A stretch of DNA of 64,000 bases, from NCBI GenBank assembly GCA_964344175.1, contig CAYFMI010000009.1:1148-65147 (forward strand), in the 5' to 3' direction. The stretch comes from an uncultured Anaerolineales bacterium. Lineage in GTDB: Bacteria > Chloroflexota > Anaerolineae > Anaerolineales > UBA11858. The notes beneath the pieces are model-generated. The model saw only the letters and a list, made by a program, of their open reading frames with translations, did not search any database and was not told the origin of the DNA. Position numbers and translations under genes: made by a program. This document shows, piece after piece, positions 44,474-53,241 of the stretch; the stretch's first letter is position 1, and each line of letters starts with the position of its first letter.

Positions 44474-44508
44474 TTTTTAAAAATACCCCCCGGCATCACA
44501 CCGGGGGG
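44474..44508 (-). terminator. intrinsic terminator of the M32 carboxypeptidase gene
   Basis: CCCCCCGG-7 nt-CCGGGGGG then UAUUUUUAAAAA on the minus strand. Confidence 0.75.
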
Positions 44509-44543
44509 TAAACGCTTTCAACTTCAAGTGCTACGTCTTCAAA

Positions 44544-46046
44544 TTACAGGCCATAAATCTCGCTGTATTTCGAAGTCAGATAGCGCATATAGGCTGCCGG
44601 GTCAATCTTCGAACCGGTGACACGCTGCACCAACTCTTGCGGAGGGAATTTTTTCCCATGAACGTGGATCTTGGATTTCATCCATTCCAACAGACTGCCA
44701 AATTCGCCCCGCCGGAACTGGTCATCAATATCGGGGATATCTTCGAGTAATTTCTCCCACAATTGCGCCGAGATCAAATTACCCAGAGCATACGTGGAAA
44801 AATAACCGATATATCCGCTCGACCAGTGAACATCTTGCAATACGCCTTGCGCATCGTCGGGCGGCGTAACACCGAGATATTCTTCCATGCGGCTGTTCCA
44901 GGCTTCGGGCAGATCTTTGACCGCCAATGAGCCATCCATCAGGGCGATTTCCAGTTCCAGGCGCAGCATAATGTGCAGGTTGTAGGTGGCTTCATCAGCC
45001 TCCACGCGGATCAGCGAGGGTTCGACCTGGTTAATGCCTTTGTAGAATGCTCCCAAATCGACATTGCCCAACTGCGTGGGGAACAACTCTTGCAGGCGCG
45101 GGTAAAAATGCTCCCAGAAAGGCATCGAGCGCCCTACTAGATTCTCATAGGTGCGTGATTGCGATTCATGTACAGCCAGCGAGGAGCCATCCGCCAGCGG
45201 GGTGCGTTCGAAGGCCGGGTTGATCCCCATGCCGTAGAGGGCGTGGCCGCATTCGTGGAGAGTGCCAAAAAGCGCACTGGGCAAAAAATTACGGTCCACG
45301 CGGGTGGTAATGCGCACATCATTGACGCTGAAGCCGGTTGTAAAAGGGTGGGCCGATTTATCCTGGCGGCCGCGCTTCCAATCGTAGCCATATTTCGTGA
45401 TCACTTCGACGCCAAAATCCCACTGTTTCTGTTCGTCATACGCTAAGTGCAAGAACGAGGCATCTACCTGAGGTTGTGCGGCTATGGCCTGGAGCAATTC
45501 CACCTGTTGGGGGCGCAGCGCTTCGAAAATGGCTTGCACCTCGGCAGTCTTCATACCCGGCTCAAAGTATTCTAGCAACGGATCATAAACATGGTCATAG
45601 GGGGCGAAGAATTCGGCATATTGTCGCCGCAGATCGACGATTTTCTCCAGATGAGGCTGGAATTTGGCAAAATCCGATTTGGCGCGCGCTTCTTCCCACA
45701 CACTATATGCAATTGCAATGGCCTTATAAAATTCAGCGGTGAATTCAGGCGGAACTTTAGCACGGGCATCATAAAAGCGGCGCGCCTCGACAATCAAGCG
45801 GGCGTCATCTGAGTCCGGGTCAAGCTGTTCAGCAACTTTTTCAGCTTCATCCATTAGTTTACTGAATTCAGGCGAAATTGTTTTGATATGGACCAACCGC
45901 TGCAGAGTGGCAATTTGGTTGCCTCGCTGCTCTGCGCCCCCAGGCGGCATGTTAACTTGTTGGTCCCATTCCAAAACCATGGCAGCTGCATAAATATCAA
46001 AGACTTCGGCAACCGCTTGTTTAAATTTTTCCAACTTCTTTTCCAT
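44544..46046 (-). CDS. M32 family thermostable carboxypeptidase (carboxypeptidase Taq type)
   Basis: HPF, DVRITTR, HECGHALY (HExxH), HESQSR, IRVEADE, GVLQDVHW family motifs. Confidence 0.9.
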   Translation of the reverse strand: MEKKLEKFKQAVAEVFDIYAAAMVLEWDQQVNMPPGGAEQRGNQIATLQRLVHIKTISPEFSKLMDEAEKVAEQLDPDSDDARLIVEARRFYDARAKVPPEFTAEFYKAIAIAYSVWEEARAKSDFAKFQPHLEKIVDLRRQYAEFFAPYDHVYDPLLEYFEPGMKTAEVQAIFEALRPQQVELLQAIAAQPQVDASFLHLAYDEQKQWDFGVEVITKYGYDWKRGRQDKSAHPFTTGFSVNDVRITTRVDRNFLPSALFGTLHECGHALYGMGINPAFERTPLADGSSLAVHESQSRTYENLVGRSMPFWEHFYPRLQELFPTQLGNVDLGAFYKGINQVEPSLIRVEADEATYNLHIMLRLELEIALMDGSLAVKDLPEAWNSRMEEYLGVTPPDDAQGVLQDVHWSSGYIGYFSTYALGNLISAQLWEKLLEDIPDIDDQFRRGEFGSLLEWMKSKIHVHGKKFPPQELVQRVTGSKIDPAAYMRYLTSKYSEIYGL

Positions 46047-46141
46047 GAAAACTCCTTTAAAAAGTGTCGCTCAACAAAGGATGCCCATCACCCTTTATCC
46101 AGGCATTTTTCCGCACAGGCACCTGGCCTGAGCAGGTATGC

Positions 46142-47083
46142 TTATACAATCTTCCAACGCAGGGCATCGCCATTCAATGCGGCTAATATCTCATGGGCAA
46201 CATCTGCCGCGGCACGCACCTGCGCTTCTGAGGTCTGGGCGCCAATATGCGGGGTAGCAATTACATTCGGGTGCGCTACCAAAGCTGTCAGGCCCGGCGG
46301 CTCGGTTTCGAAGACATCTAACGCTGCGCCAGCCACCTGCCCGGACTCTAAGCCCGACAGCAGGGCTGTTTCATCAATCACGCCGCCGCGCGCCGCGCAA
46401 ATCAGGCGCACACCGCGGCGCATATGGGCGATGGCTTGTCCATGGATCAGGTTGTGCGTTTTCGGGTTAAGCGGAACGTGAAGTGTAATGATGTCTGAAC
46501 GCGCAAAAAGGTCATTCAATTGTGCTGCTTTGGCGCCGCGCTGCTGGATCTCATCTTCTGAGAAGAGCGGATCAAAACCAATCACATTCATGCCAAAAGC
46601 CGCAGCGCGCTGCGCCACCGCCGAGCCAATATTCCCTAAGCCAACAACACCGAGAACTTTGCCCGACAACTCACTCCCCAGGAGTTGTTTCTTATCCCAC
46701 CGGCCAGCTTTCATGGTCGAATCGCCGCGCGGCACATGCCGCATTAGTGAGAGCATCAACGCCAGGGTATGTTCGGCCACGGCAATCGTGGTCGAAGTGG
46801 GCGTATTCACCACCGTCACCCCGCTCGATTGAGCGGCAGCCAGATCGATATTATCGACACCAACTCCGGCGCGTCCGACGACTTTTAATTTTTGGGCGGC
46901 TGCAATGACATCTGCGGTTACTTTGGTGCGACCGCGCACGATCAGCGCGTCGTAGGCCGCGATAGATGCCAGTAAATCATCGCCAGCGATGCCGGGTTGA
47001 TTGTCGACATCGGCGGCGGCGCGGAGAATGTTGACCCCGCTGTCTTCGAGTTTATCTGAGATGAGAATTTTCCACTGGGACAT
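46142..47083 (-). CDS. D-isomer-specific 2-hydroxyacid dehydrogenase (short phosphoglycerate-dehydrogenase-like, no ACT domain)
   Basis: GVVGLGNIGSAVAQRA NAD loop, ARGGVIDE, catalytic His region TPHIGA. Confidence 0.8.
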   Translation of the reverse strand: MSQWKILISDKLEDSGVNILRAAADVDNQPGIAGDDLLASIAAYDALIVRGRTKVTADVIAAAQKLKVVGRAGVGVDNIDLAAAQSSGVTVVNTPTSTTIAVAEHTLALMLSLMRHVPRGDSTMKAGRWDKKQLLGSELSGKVLGVVGLGNIGSAVAQRAAAFGMNVIGFDPLFSEDEIQQRGAKAAQLNDLFARSDIITLHVPLNPKTHNLIHGQAIAHMRRGVRLICAARGGVIDETALLSGLESGQVAGAALDVFETEPPGLTALVAHPNVIATPHIGAQTSEAQVRAAADVAHEILAALNGDALRWKIV

Positions 47084-47129
47084 AAGGACTCCAATTGCCG
47101 ATTAATAATGGGCCTATTGTACCCTCAAA

Positions 47130-47154
47130 GCCGCAAACCTTGCAGGTTTGCGGC
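47130..47154. repeat. hairpin GCCGCAAACCT-TGC-AGGTTTGCGGC sharing the ACCT-TGC-AGGT apex of the RAYT-flanking REPs
   Basis: 11-bp perfect stem; lies just after the histidine kinase stop. Confidence 0.55.
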
Positions 47155-47155
47155 C

Positions 47156-48628
47156 TCAGGCAATGGGTAATGTCAGTGTAAAAACGGCTCCTCCATCAGG
47201 ATGGTTATCTGCGCTTAACGTGCCACCATGAGCCTGGGCCAATTTCTGGGCGATTGACAGACCTAAACCGGTTCCGCTCCCTTCATCCAAGCGGCTGCGC
47301 GAAGGGTCGGCTTTATAAAAGCGCTCAAAAAGACGCGGCAGCGCCTCGGGGGGGATGCCTGGGCCGCTATCTTTGATGGTCAGTTGGACCCAGTTTCTGG
47401 CCTCTCGCTTTGAGCGTTCCACATTTTGTGGATGACTGCTTTGCGAGGGATAACGGACAACTGCATATTGCACATGGATCTCCCCCCCTGAGGGCGTATA
47501 GCGCAAGGCGTTACTCAGCAGGTTATTGATGATCTGCTCAATGCGTTGAGGATCCAGATTCACGGTTTGGTGGATCTCCCCCGAAGACAGGGTGATCTTC
47601 ACCCCGCGCGCCCCAGCCTGAGGGTCGAAACGAGAAACCAACCGCTCCATCAGCGCGGCAAAATCTGTGGGGACGCGTTCCAGGGCCAATTGACCCGCAT
47701 CCGCCAGCGCCAGGGTGCGCAGATCATTCACCAAGCGGGTTAACGACTGGTTTTGCTCTTCAATGGGCTGCAGGTTCTCTAGCGTCAGGTCGTAAATGCC
47801 ATCTTGCAAGGCCTCAATATGGGCGCGCTGCACGGCTAACGGGGTGCGCAATTCATGGGCAATATCGGCGGTAAGGTCGCGGCGGAGATGCTCCGCCTGC
47901 TGCAAAGACCCGGCCATATGATTGAATGCGCGGCCGAGGGTGGCTAACTCGTGCGTGCCTTGGATAGCCACCCGCTCACTAAGATCTCCTTCGGCCAAAT
48001 GAGTGGCGGCTTTGGTAAGCTGCTGCACCGGGCGCAATAGGCTGTGCGATAAAAGCAAAGCCAGCAATAAGGCAAGGCCTCCGGCGATGGATCCGGCCGT
48101 AAGGGCGACGTTGTTCAGGCGGGCCAGCAGTTGCTGACTGGTATCCGAGGTAAATGTCATTCCCCCTTCAGTAAGCAAGTATCCGATAACCTGGCCGTCC
48201 ATTTCTAAAGAAATGGCTTCTGCTAACTCGGCGCGCGAGACAACCCCAGTAGCTTGTCCCTGATTGTCGATAAGGACATTGCCTTCGGTATCAAGTAAAC
48301 GTAAATGCTGCCCCAAGCCCCCTGTTCCGGCAAAGGTGTTGGCATTACCCGGCCCGCCCGCCTGACTCTGGCCTTCGGCATGCCCCCCCATCCCCGACAT
48401 TGCGCCGCGCCCTAGATTTTTCGAAAATAGATCTTGACTACCCTGCCAGGTGCCGTGGCTGCGGTAGTAGTCTTCCAGGTTGTCCACCAGGTCTTCGACT
48501 CCCTCCATGCCGCCGCGCAGCATGAAAGTGCGCACTGTCTGGGCGGTGTTCAAGCGGACGCCCCAGGCAAAGCTCACAATGGTAATCAGAACAACCAGGG
48601 CAAAAGAGAGGATGAGGCGCAGACGCAT
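47156..48628 (-). CDS. sensor histidine kinase (TM - periplasmic - HAMP - HisKA - HATPase)
   Basis: H-box DIAHELRTPLA, N-box NLLSNALRYT, DSGPGI, GTGLGLSIA. Confidence 0.9.
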   Translation of the reverse strand: MRLRLILSFALVVLITIVSFAWGVRLNTAQTVRTFMLRGGMEGVEDLVDNLEDYYRSHGTWQGSQDLFSKNLGRGAMSGMGGHAEGQSQAGGPGNANTFAGTGGLGQHLRLLDTEGNVLIDNQGQATGVVSRAELAEAISLEMDGQVIGYLLTEGGMTFTSDTSQQLLARLNNVALTAGSIAGGLALLLALLLSHSLLRPVQQLTKAATHLAEGDLSERVAIQGTHELATLGRAFNHMAGSLQQAEHLRRDLTADIAHELRTPLAVQRAHIEALQDGIYDLTLENLQPIEEQNQSLTRLVNDLRTLALADAGQLALERVPTDFAALMERLVSRFDPQAGARGVKITLSSGEIHQTVNLDPQRIEQIINNLLSNALRYTPSGGEIHVQYAVVRYPSQSSHPQNVERSKREARNWVQLTIKDSGPGIPPEALPRLFERFYKADPSRSRLDEGSGTGLGLSIAQKLAQAHGGTLSADNHPDGGAVFTLTLPIA

Positions 48629-48650
48629 AACTCAGATTTTGGTATTCAGT

Positions 48651-49331
48651 TCACTGGCGCGCAAAACGGTAGCCAACGCCAAACACCGTTTCAATATAGC
48701 GCGGATTTTTGGCATCCGGCTCGAGTTTGGCGCGCAAATTTTTAATATGTGCGTCGATGGTTCTTTCATACCCCTCGTATGCCGAACCTTGAGAAACTTC
48801 GAGCAATTGCATGCGCGAAAAAGCCCGGCCCGGCTGGGCCGCCAGGCTAGCCAGCAGGTCGAATTCGGTGGGGGTCAGGTCAATGGTCTCAGCCCCGCGC
48901 CGTACAGCATAAGCGCCAAGGTCAATTTCCAAATCGGCGACTTTTAATATTTTTTGAGGCGCATTGACTGTTTCCAGGCGGCGCAGGACAGCCCGCACCT
49001 TCGCCACAACCACACGAGGCGAGAAAGGCTTGACTATATAATCGTCGGCGCCCAATTCCAAACCAATGAGCTGGTCGGTTTCTTCAACACGGGCAGTCAA
49101 CATGATGATGGGCGTGTCGCTTTTCCGGCGGATTTCGCGCGCCACATCCAAGCCGTCCTTCCCCGGCAAATTAAGATCCAGCAGCACTAAATCTGGCTGA
49201 TGCATCTGCCAGGCTGTCAGGCCGGTATCGCCGCGATAGGCAGTCAGCACATCGAAGTTCGCGTTTTCCAAATAGGAACGCAACACTTTTACGAGTTCAG
49301 GTTCATCTTCAACAATCAGTATAGTCGGCAT
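48651..49331 (-). CDS. OmpR/PhoB-family response regulator
   Basis: ILIVEDE, LVLLDLNLPGKDG, winged-helix C-terminus IETVFGVGYRF. Confidence 0.9.
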   Translation of the reverse strand: MPTILIVEDEPELVKVLRSYLENANFDVLTAYRGDTGLTAWQMHQPDLVLLDLNLPGKDGLDVAREIRRKSDTPIIMLTARVEETDQLIGLELGADDYIVKPFSPRVVVAKVRAVLRRLETVNAPQKILKVADLEIDLGAYAVRRGAETIDLTPTEFDLLASLAAQPGRAFSRMQLLEVSQGSAYEGYERTIDAHIKNLRAKLEPDAKNPRYIETVFGVGYRFARQ

Positions 49332-49386
49332 GGCAATTGGTCAGGCTGGCCCGACGATGTGAGTAATTTGATACTTGATTATAACG

Positions 49387-49424
49387 CACAGTGGGCAGCG
49401 ATTTTGCGATCACTACCCACTGTG
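49387..49424. promoter_or_regulatory. 38-nt inverted repeat CACAGTGGGCAGCGAT...ATCACTACCCACTGTG next to a minus-strand TATAAT (49376-49381) upstream of the response regulator gene
   Basis: 16-nt arms with two transition differences, read directly. Confidence 0.35.
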
Positions 49425-49444
49425 ATGTAACCACAGCAAACAGG

Positions 49445-49936
49445 TTAGGGCTGCGTGCTCCAGTAACCGCCGTGCATGCCGCGCCCACCGCGCGAGCCGC
49501 TACCATCGCAGAAACTTGAACCCGGGCCATAACCGCTTTCCTGCATAGCTTGCCAGCGGTTTTGCATGTAGTCAGCCTGCTCCTGGGTGATGGCACCATC
49601 CGCCACAGCCTGGGTCAAAGCCTCGCTGCGGGCATCTAACATCAGAGCGCCAAATTCATCAGCCGTCAAACCTTGCTCTTGCGCCAGATCCCAGGCGGTT
49701 TTTCCTTCAGCATGGGCGGCTTCCAGTTCTTCAACCGTCAGTCCCAACGCATCGGCAATGGCGGCTGCCATAACATCGTGCATAGGGCCATATTCACCAT
49801 CCGCAGCCCATCGCATCGCCCCACCGCGCCCAAAGGGAGTGGCAGGGGCATCAGCCTGAGCATAGGCAAAACCGGCTGCGCCAAGCGCCAGGGCAGCCAC
49901 ACCAACAACTGCGAGTACAATCATCGTTTTCTTCAT
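49445..49936 (-). CDS. hypothetical secreted protein, first gene of the two-component operon
   Basis: signal peptide MKKTMIVLAVVGVAALALGAAGFAYA; helical LT..E repeats; Gly/Arg-rich C-terminus; AAGGAG SD. Confidence 0.5.
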   Translation of the reverse strand: MKKTMIVLAVVGVAALALGAAGFAYAQADAPATPFGRGGAMRWAADGEYGPMHDVMAAAIADALGLTVEELEAAHAEGKTAWDLAQEQGLTADEFGALMLDARSEALTQAVADGAITQEQADYMQNRWQAMQESGYGPGSSFCDGSGSRGGRGMHGGYWSTQP

Positions 49937-50008
49937 TAAAAACGCTCCTTCTAATTTTTGCCGCCAATTCCAGTGTATTGTTCTTGGGTTAGCGTTAACA
50001 ATGACTAC

Positions 50009-50062
50009 ATCATAGCGCGCGGTTATGAAGAAATTATGAAGGGAAGTTGGAGATTTTATGAA
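50009..50062 (-). promoter_or_regulatory. candidate autoregulated promoter: TATGAT -10 plus three helically phased TTCATAA direct repeats
   Basis: plus-strand TTATGAAG at 50023 and 50034 (11-bp period), TTATGAA at 50056 (22 bp further); -10 at 50009-50014. Confidence 0.45.
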
Positions 50063-50064
50063 AC

Positions 50065-50988
50065 CTATTCGCTCAAAAACACTTCCAGAAGCCGGGTATA
50101 CTCCTGGGCGGCATTCAGGTAGGGGAAATGCCCAACCGCGGGCAACGTGTAAACGACCGCGCCGGGGTAAGTCGCTTTTAGTTGTTCGCGCAGGGTTTCT
50201 TCCACTAGTGGGTCATTATCGGCTTCAATAATCATCACCGCAACCCCCAACGCCTCGATATCGGGCGCGTCGAAAGGATCTACCACACCATGAAAGCGCC
50301 CCACAACCTGAGCCTTATTCATGCGCCCGTAGGATTGTTCCAGCAGATAGGCCAGCACCAGTTCCGAATTCCCCGCAGCAGGGTAGACACTGCTATAAAA
50401 ACTTCCCCGCAGCACATTCATCACCAGCCACTCCGGCAGATAGGGCAGCAGCGCTCCGATGGTTTTGTTCTTTTCGGCGATCAGTTCATTGGGAGGAAAG
50501 GTATTGGCAAAGACAGCGCGGCGGACTCGCTCGGGGTGGGCAGCTACTAAATATTGGGCAAAATAGCCTCCCAGGGAGGATCCCACCAGATCGGCCTGCT
50601 CCACCCCCAGATGGTCCAGTACCGCCAGCGCGCCGCGGCTCATGGCTTCCAGGCTATCCACAGGCGGGTACGTCAGCGAGATAACCCGGTAATGCTCACC
50701 CAGGGCGCTCATCGGACGCCACCAGATGTCGGCTGCACCAGTCATACCGTGCAAAAAAAGGATTGCCTGCTCGCCCTGGCCAAAAGTAATATACTCCCAG
50801 ATCTGCCCATCAACTTCAAGGGTTTCAAGCGGGTGCTCCACCCGAAAAGCCAAGAATTGAGCAGCAAGTTCTGGATCCACTTTCTCGTCAAGTTCACCAA
50901 AGGATTTCTGCGGCACTGGCCAGAGATACGCTGCCAATATCACCAAAAGAATAGTGAGGGGAATAATCCATTTGAGTTTGCGTTTCAT
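50065..50988 (-). CDS. membrane-anchored alpha/beta-fold hydrolase
   Basis: N-terminal TM helix, ILFLHGMTG, GSSLGG nucleophile elbow, GHFPYL; GGAGGAA SD before MKRKL start (the 51147 start would overlap uvrB). Confidence 0.75.
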   Translation of the reverse strand: MKRKLKWIIPLTILLVILAAYLWPVPQKSFGELDEKVDPELAAQFLAFRVEHPLETLEVDGQIWEYITFGQGEQAILFLHGMTGAADIWWRPMSALGEHYRVISLTYPPVDSLEAMSRGALAVLDHLGVEQADLVGSSLGGYFAQYLVAAHPERVRRAVFANTFPPNELIAEKNKTIGALLPYLPEWLVMNVLRGSFYSSVYPAAGNSELVLAYLLEQSYGRMNKAQVVGRFHGVVDPFDAPDIEALGVAVMIIEADNDPLVEETLREQLKATYPGAVVYTLPAVGHFPYLNAAQEYTRLLEVFLSE

Positions 50989-51028
50989 AACCGTTTCCTC
51001 CATCGCCCCAAAGAGTTGTGTGACACTT

Positions 51029-53065
51029 TTAGGGTCTCTCAGCCAAAATTTTGATCCGTTCCCAGGGTTTGAGATCCTCATCTTCAGCGAGGATGCCGCG
51101 CAATTCGAAGATCTGATCGCGCAAAGCAGCCGCTTTTTCAAACTCAAGGTTTTGCGCCGCGGCTTGCATCTGATCTTCTAAACCGGTGATGATTTTCAGT
51201 AACTCGTTCCTGGATAAGTCCGCAGTAGCCTCCACCCGATATTCAGCCTGGGACTCGGCTACAGTGTGGGCCGCAACTTGATCGGTGATGTCGCGAATAT
51301 CTTTGATGATGCTAACCGGCTCGATGCCATGCGCCTCGTTATAGGCGGTCTGCTTTGCGCGGCGGCGGTTGGTCTCATCGATGGCGGCGCGCATAGCATC
51401 GGAAATGGCATCGGCATACATAATGACTTTGCCATCCAGATGGCGGGCGGCGCGGCCAATGGTTTGAATGAGGGCTGTCTCCGAGCGCAAGAACCCGGCC
51501 TTGTCGGCGTCGAGGATCGCCACCAGCGAAACTTCCGGAAGGTCTAATCCCTCACGGAGCAGGTTGATGCCCACCACCACGTCGAACACGCCCAGACGTA
51601 AATCCCGCAGGATGCCCACCCGTTCGAGGGTATCTACCTCCGAGTGGAGATAATGCACTTTGATGCCCAACTCCATCAGATAATCGGCCAAATCTTCCGA
51701 CATGCGCTTGGTAAGCGTGGTGACCAGCACGCGCTGGCCGACTTCCACACGGGCGTGGATCTCTCCGATCAGGTCATCCACCTGCCCCTGAGCCGGGCGC
51801 ACATCTACCTGCGGATCAACCAGCCCCGTAGGGCGAATGATCTGCTCGACAACCTGCCCGGCGTGCTCCATCTCATAGGGGCCGGGTGTGGCCGAGGTGT
51901 AGATCGTCCAACCCATGCGCTGTTCGAACTCGTTGAACTGCAAGGGGCGGTTATCGAGCGCCGAGGGCAAGCGGAAACCATATTCCACCAGGGTCGATTT
52001 ACGCGAGCGGTCACCGTTGTACATACCGCGAATCTGGGGAACGGTCATATGCGACTCATCAATGATGAGTAGAAAATCATCGGGGAAGTAATCGACCAGT
52101 GTCCAGGGCGGCGATCCTTCTGGGCGTTGGTCAAGATGGCGGGAGTAATTCTCAATACCGGCGCAATGCCCGGCTTCGCGCAGCATCTCTAAATCATAGC
52201 GGGCACGCTGCTCAATGCGCTGGGCTTCGAGCAATTGCTCATTGGCCTTGAAAAAGGCCGCGCGTTCTTCGAGTTCTGTCTCAATGTCGGCAATCGCTTT
52301 TTTGATTTTCTCTTCTTCGGTAATGAAGTGTTTGGCCGGGTAAATATCCACCCGTTCCATCTCGCGGCGCACTTCACCGGTAATATAGTGCACCTCAGTG
52401 ATGCGCTCAATTTCATCGCCCCAAAAGCTGATGCGGTAGACAAAGCGGTCTTCGTAGGCGGGCGCGACTTCGAGGGTGTCGCCACGCACGCGGAAAGTGC
52501 CGGGGCGTAGATCGACATCGTTGCGGGCATACTGGCTCTCGACCAGGCGCCGCAGCAAGGTCGTCCGCCGCCAGCTTTTGCCAACTTCTAATTCGATGAC
52601 CACTTTGCCGTAAGCTTCGGGGTTGCCCAGGCCATAAATGCAAGAAACCGAGGCAACGATTAAGACATCTTTGCGGGACATCAGGGCAGTGGTGGCCGCC
52701 AGGCGCAGGCGTTCAATCTCTTCGTTGATCTCGGTCTCTTTTTCGATGAAAAGATCGTGGCGCGGCACGTAGGCTTCGGGCTGGTAGTAATCGTAGTAAG
52801 AAACAAAGTACTCGACAGCGTTTTCAGGAAAGAAGTCTTTGAATTCGGCATAGAGCTGCGCCACCAGAGTCTTGTTATGGGCAATAACCAGGGTGGGGCG
52901 CTTCACTTCAGCGATGATGTTCGCCATTGTGAAGGTTTTGCCTGTGCCGGTCGCACCCAGCAAGACCTGATGTTGATAGTTTTTCTCCAGGCCGGCGAGA
53001 AGCTGCGCGATGGCCTCAGGTTGGTCGCCGGTGGGTAGAAAGGGGGCGTGCAGTTGGAAGGTCAT
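51029..53065 (-). CDS. uvrB: excinuclease ABC subunit B
   Basis: Walker A GATGTGKT, helicase motifs DESH, C-terminal UVR domain [17 protein letters not shown]. Confidence 0.95.
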   Translation of the reverse strand: MTFQLHAPFLPTGDQPEAIAQLLAGLEKNYQHQVLLGATGTGKTFTMANIIAEVKRPTLVIAHNKTLVAQLYAEFKDFFPENAVEYFVSYYDYYQPEAYVPRHDLFIEKETEINEEIERLRLAATTALMSRKDVLIVASVSCIYGLGNPEAYGKVVIELEVGKSWRRTTLLRRLVESQYARNDVDLRPGTFRVRGDTLEVAPAYEDRFVYRISFWGDEIERITEVHYITGEVRREMERVDIYPAKHFITEEEKIKKAIADIETELEERAAFFKANEQLLEAQRIEQRARYDLEMLREAGHCAGIENYSRHLDQRPEGSPPWTLVDYFPDDFLLIIDESHMTVPQIRGMYNGDRSRKSTLVEYGFRLPSALDNRPLQFNEFEQRMGWTIYTSATPGPYEMEHAGQVVEQIIRPTGLVDPQVDVRPAQGQVDDLIGEIHARVEVGQRVLVTTLTKRMSEDLADYLMELGIKVHYLHSEVDTLERVGILRDLRLGVFDVVVGINLLREGLDLPEVSLVAILDADKAGFLRSETALIQTIGRAARHLDGKVIMYADAISDAMRAAIDETNRRRAKQTAYNEAHGIEPVSIIKDIRDITDQVAAHTVAESQAEYRVEATADLSRNELLKIITGLEDQMQAAAQNLEFEKAAALRDQIFELRGILAEDEDLKPWERIKILAERP

Positions 53066-53067
53066 AG

Positions 53068-53116
53068 AAGGTTGAAGGTTGAAGGTTGAAGGTTGAAGGT
53101 TGAAGGTTGAAGGTTG
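53068..53116. repeat. perfect tandem heptamer array (AAGGTTG)x7, read as (CAACCTT)x7 in the uvrB leader
   Basis: seven identical units counted base by base; array ends 2 nt from the uvrB ATG. Confidence 0.95.
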
Positions 53117-53122
53117 ACCTGA

Positions 53123-53142
53123 ATTATACGAACAAAAGTTCG
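53123..53142 (-). promoter_or_regulatory. SOS box CGAACAAAAGTTCG (LexA/DinR Cheo-box type) abutting a minus-strand TATAAT
   Basis: 53129-53142 matches CGAAC-N4-GTTCG perfectly; TATAAT = reverse complement of 53123-53128. Confidence 0.7.
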
Positions 53143-53241
53143 AATTGAGAGGGGAATCCCAAAAAATGCTGCGCTCTTCAACTGCAAAATAGGCATGGCT
53201 ATTCTGATGTATTCAACCTGCTAGGAAGTGCGCCGCGCCTT

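Noticed and set aside
50989-51147. Long N-terminal extensions in the track for the hydrolase (to 51147), the serB-like gene (to 55834), the penicillin acylase (to 58325) and adaptor 2 (to 31437)
   Set aside because: The extensions overlap the upstream gene or are encoded by hairpin/heptamer repeats. In each case an internal ATG preceded by a good SD or followed by a signal/TM sequence gives a cleaner model.
53068-53116. The heptamer arrays considered as a CRISPR array or as an engineered insert
   Set aside because: Units are 7 nt with no spacers, and there are no cas genes in the window. Related imperfect arrays with shared unit strings occur at many other junctions, so this is a native short tandem repeat family and not CRISPR.
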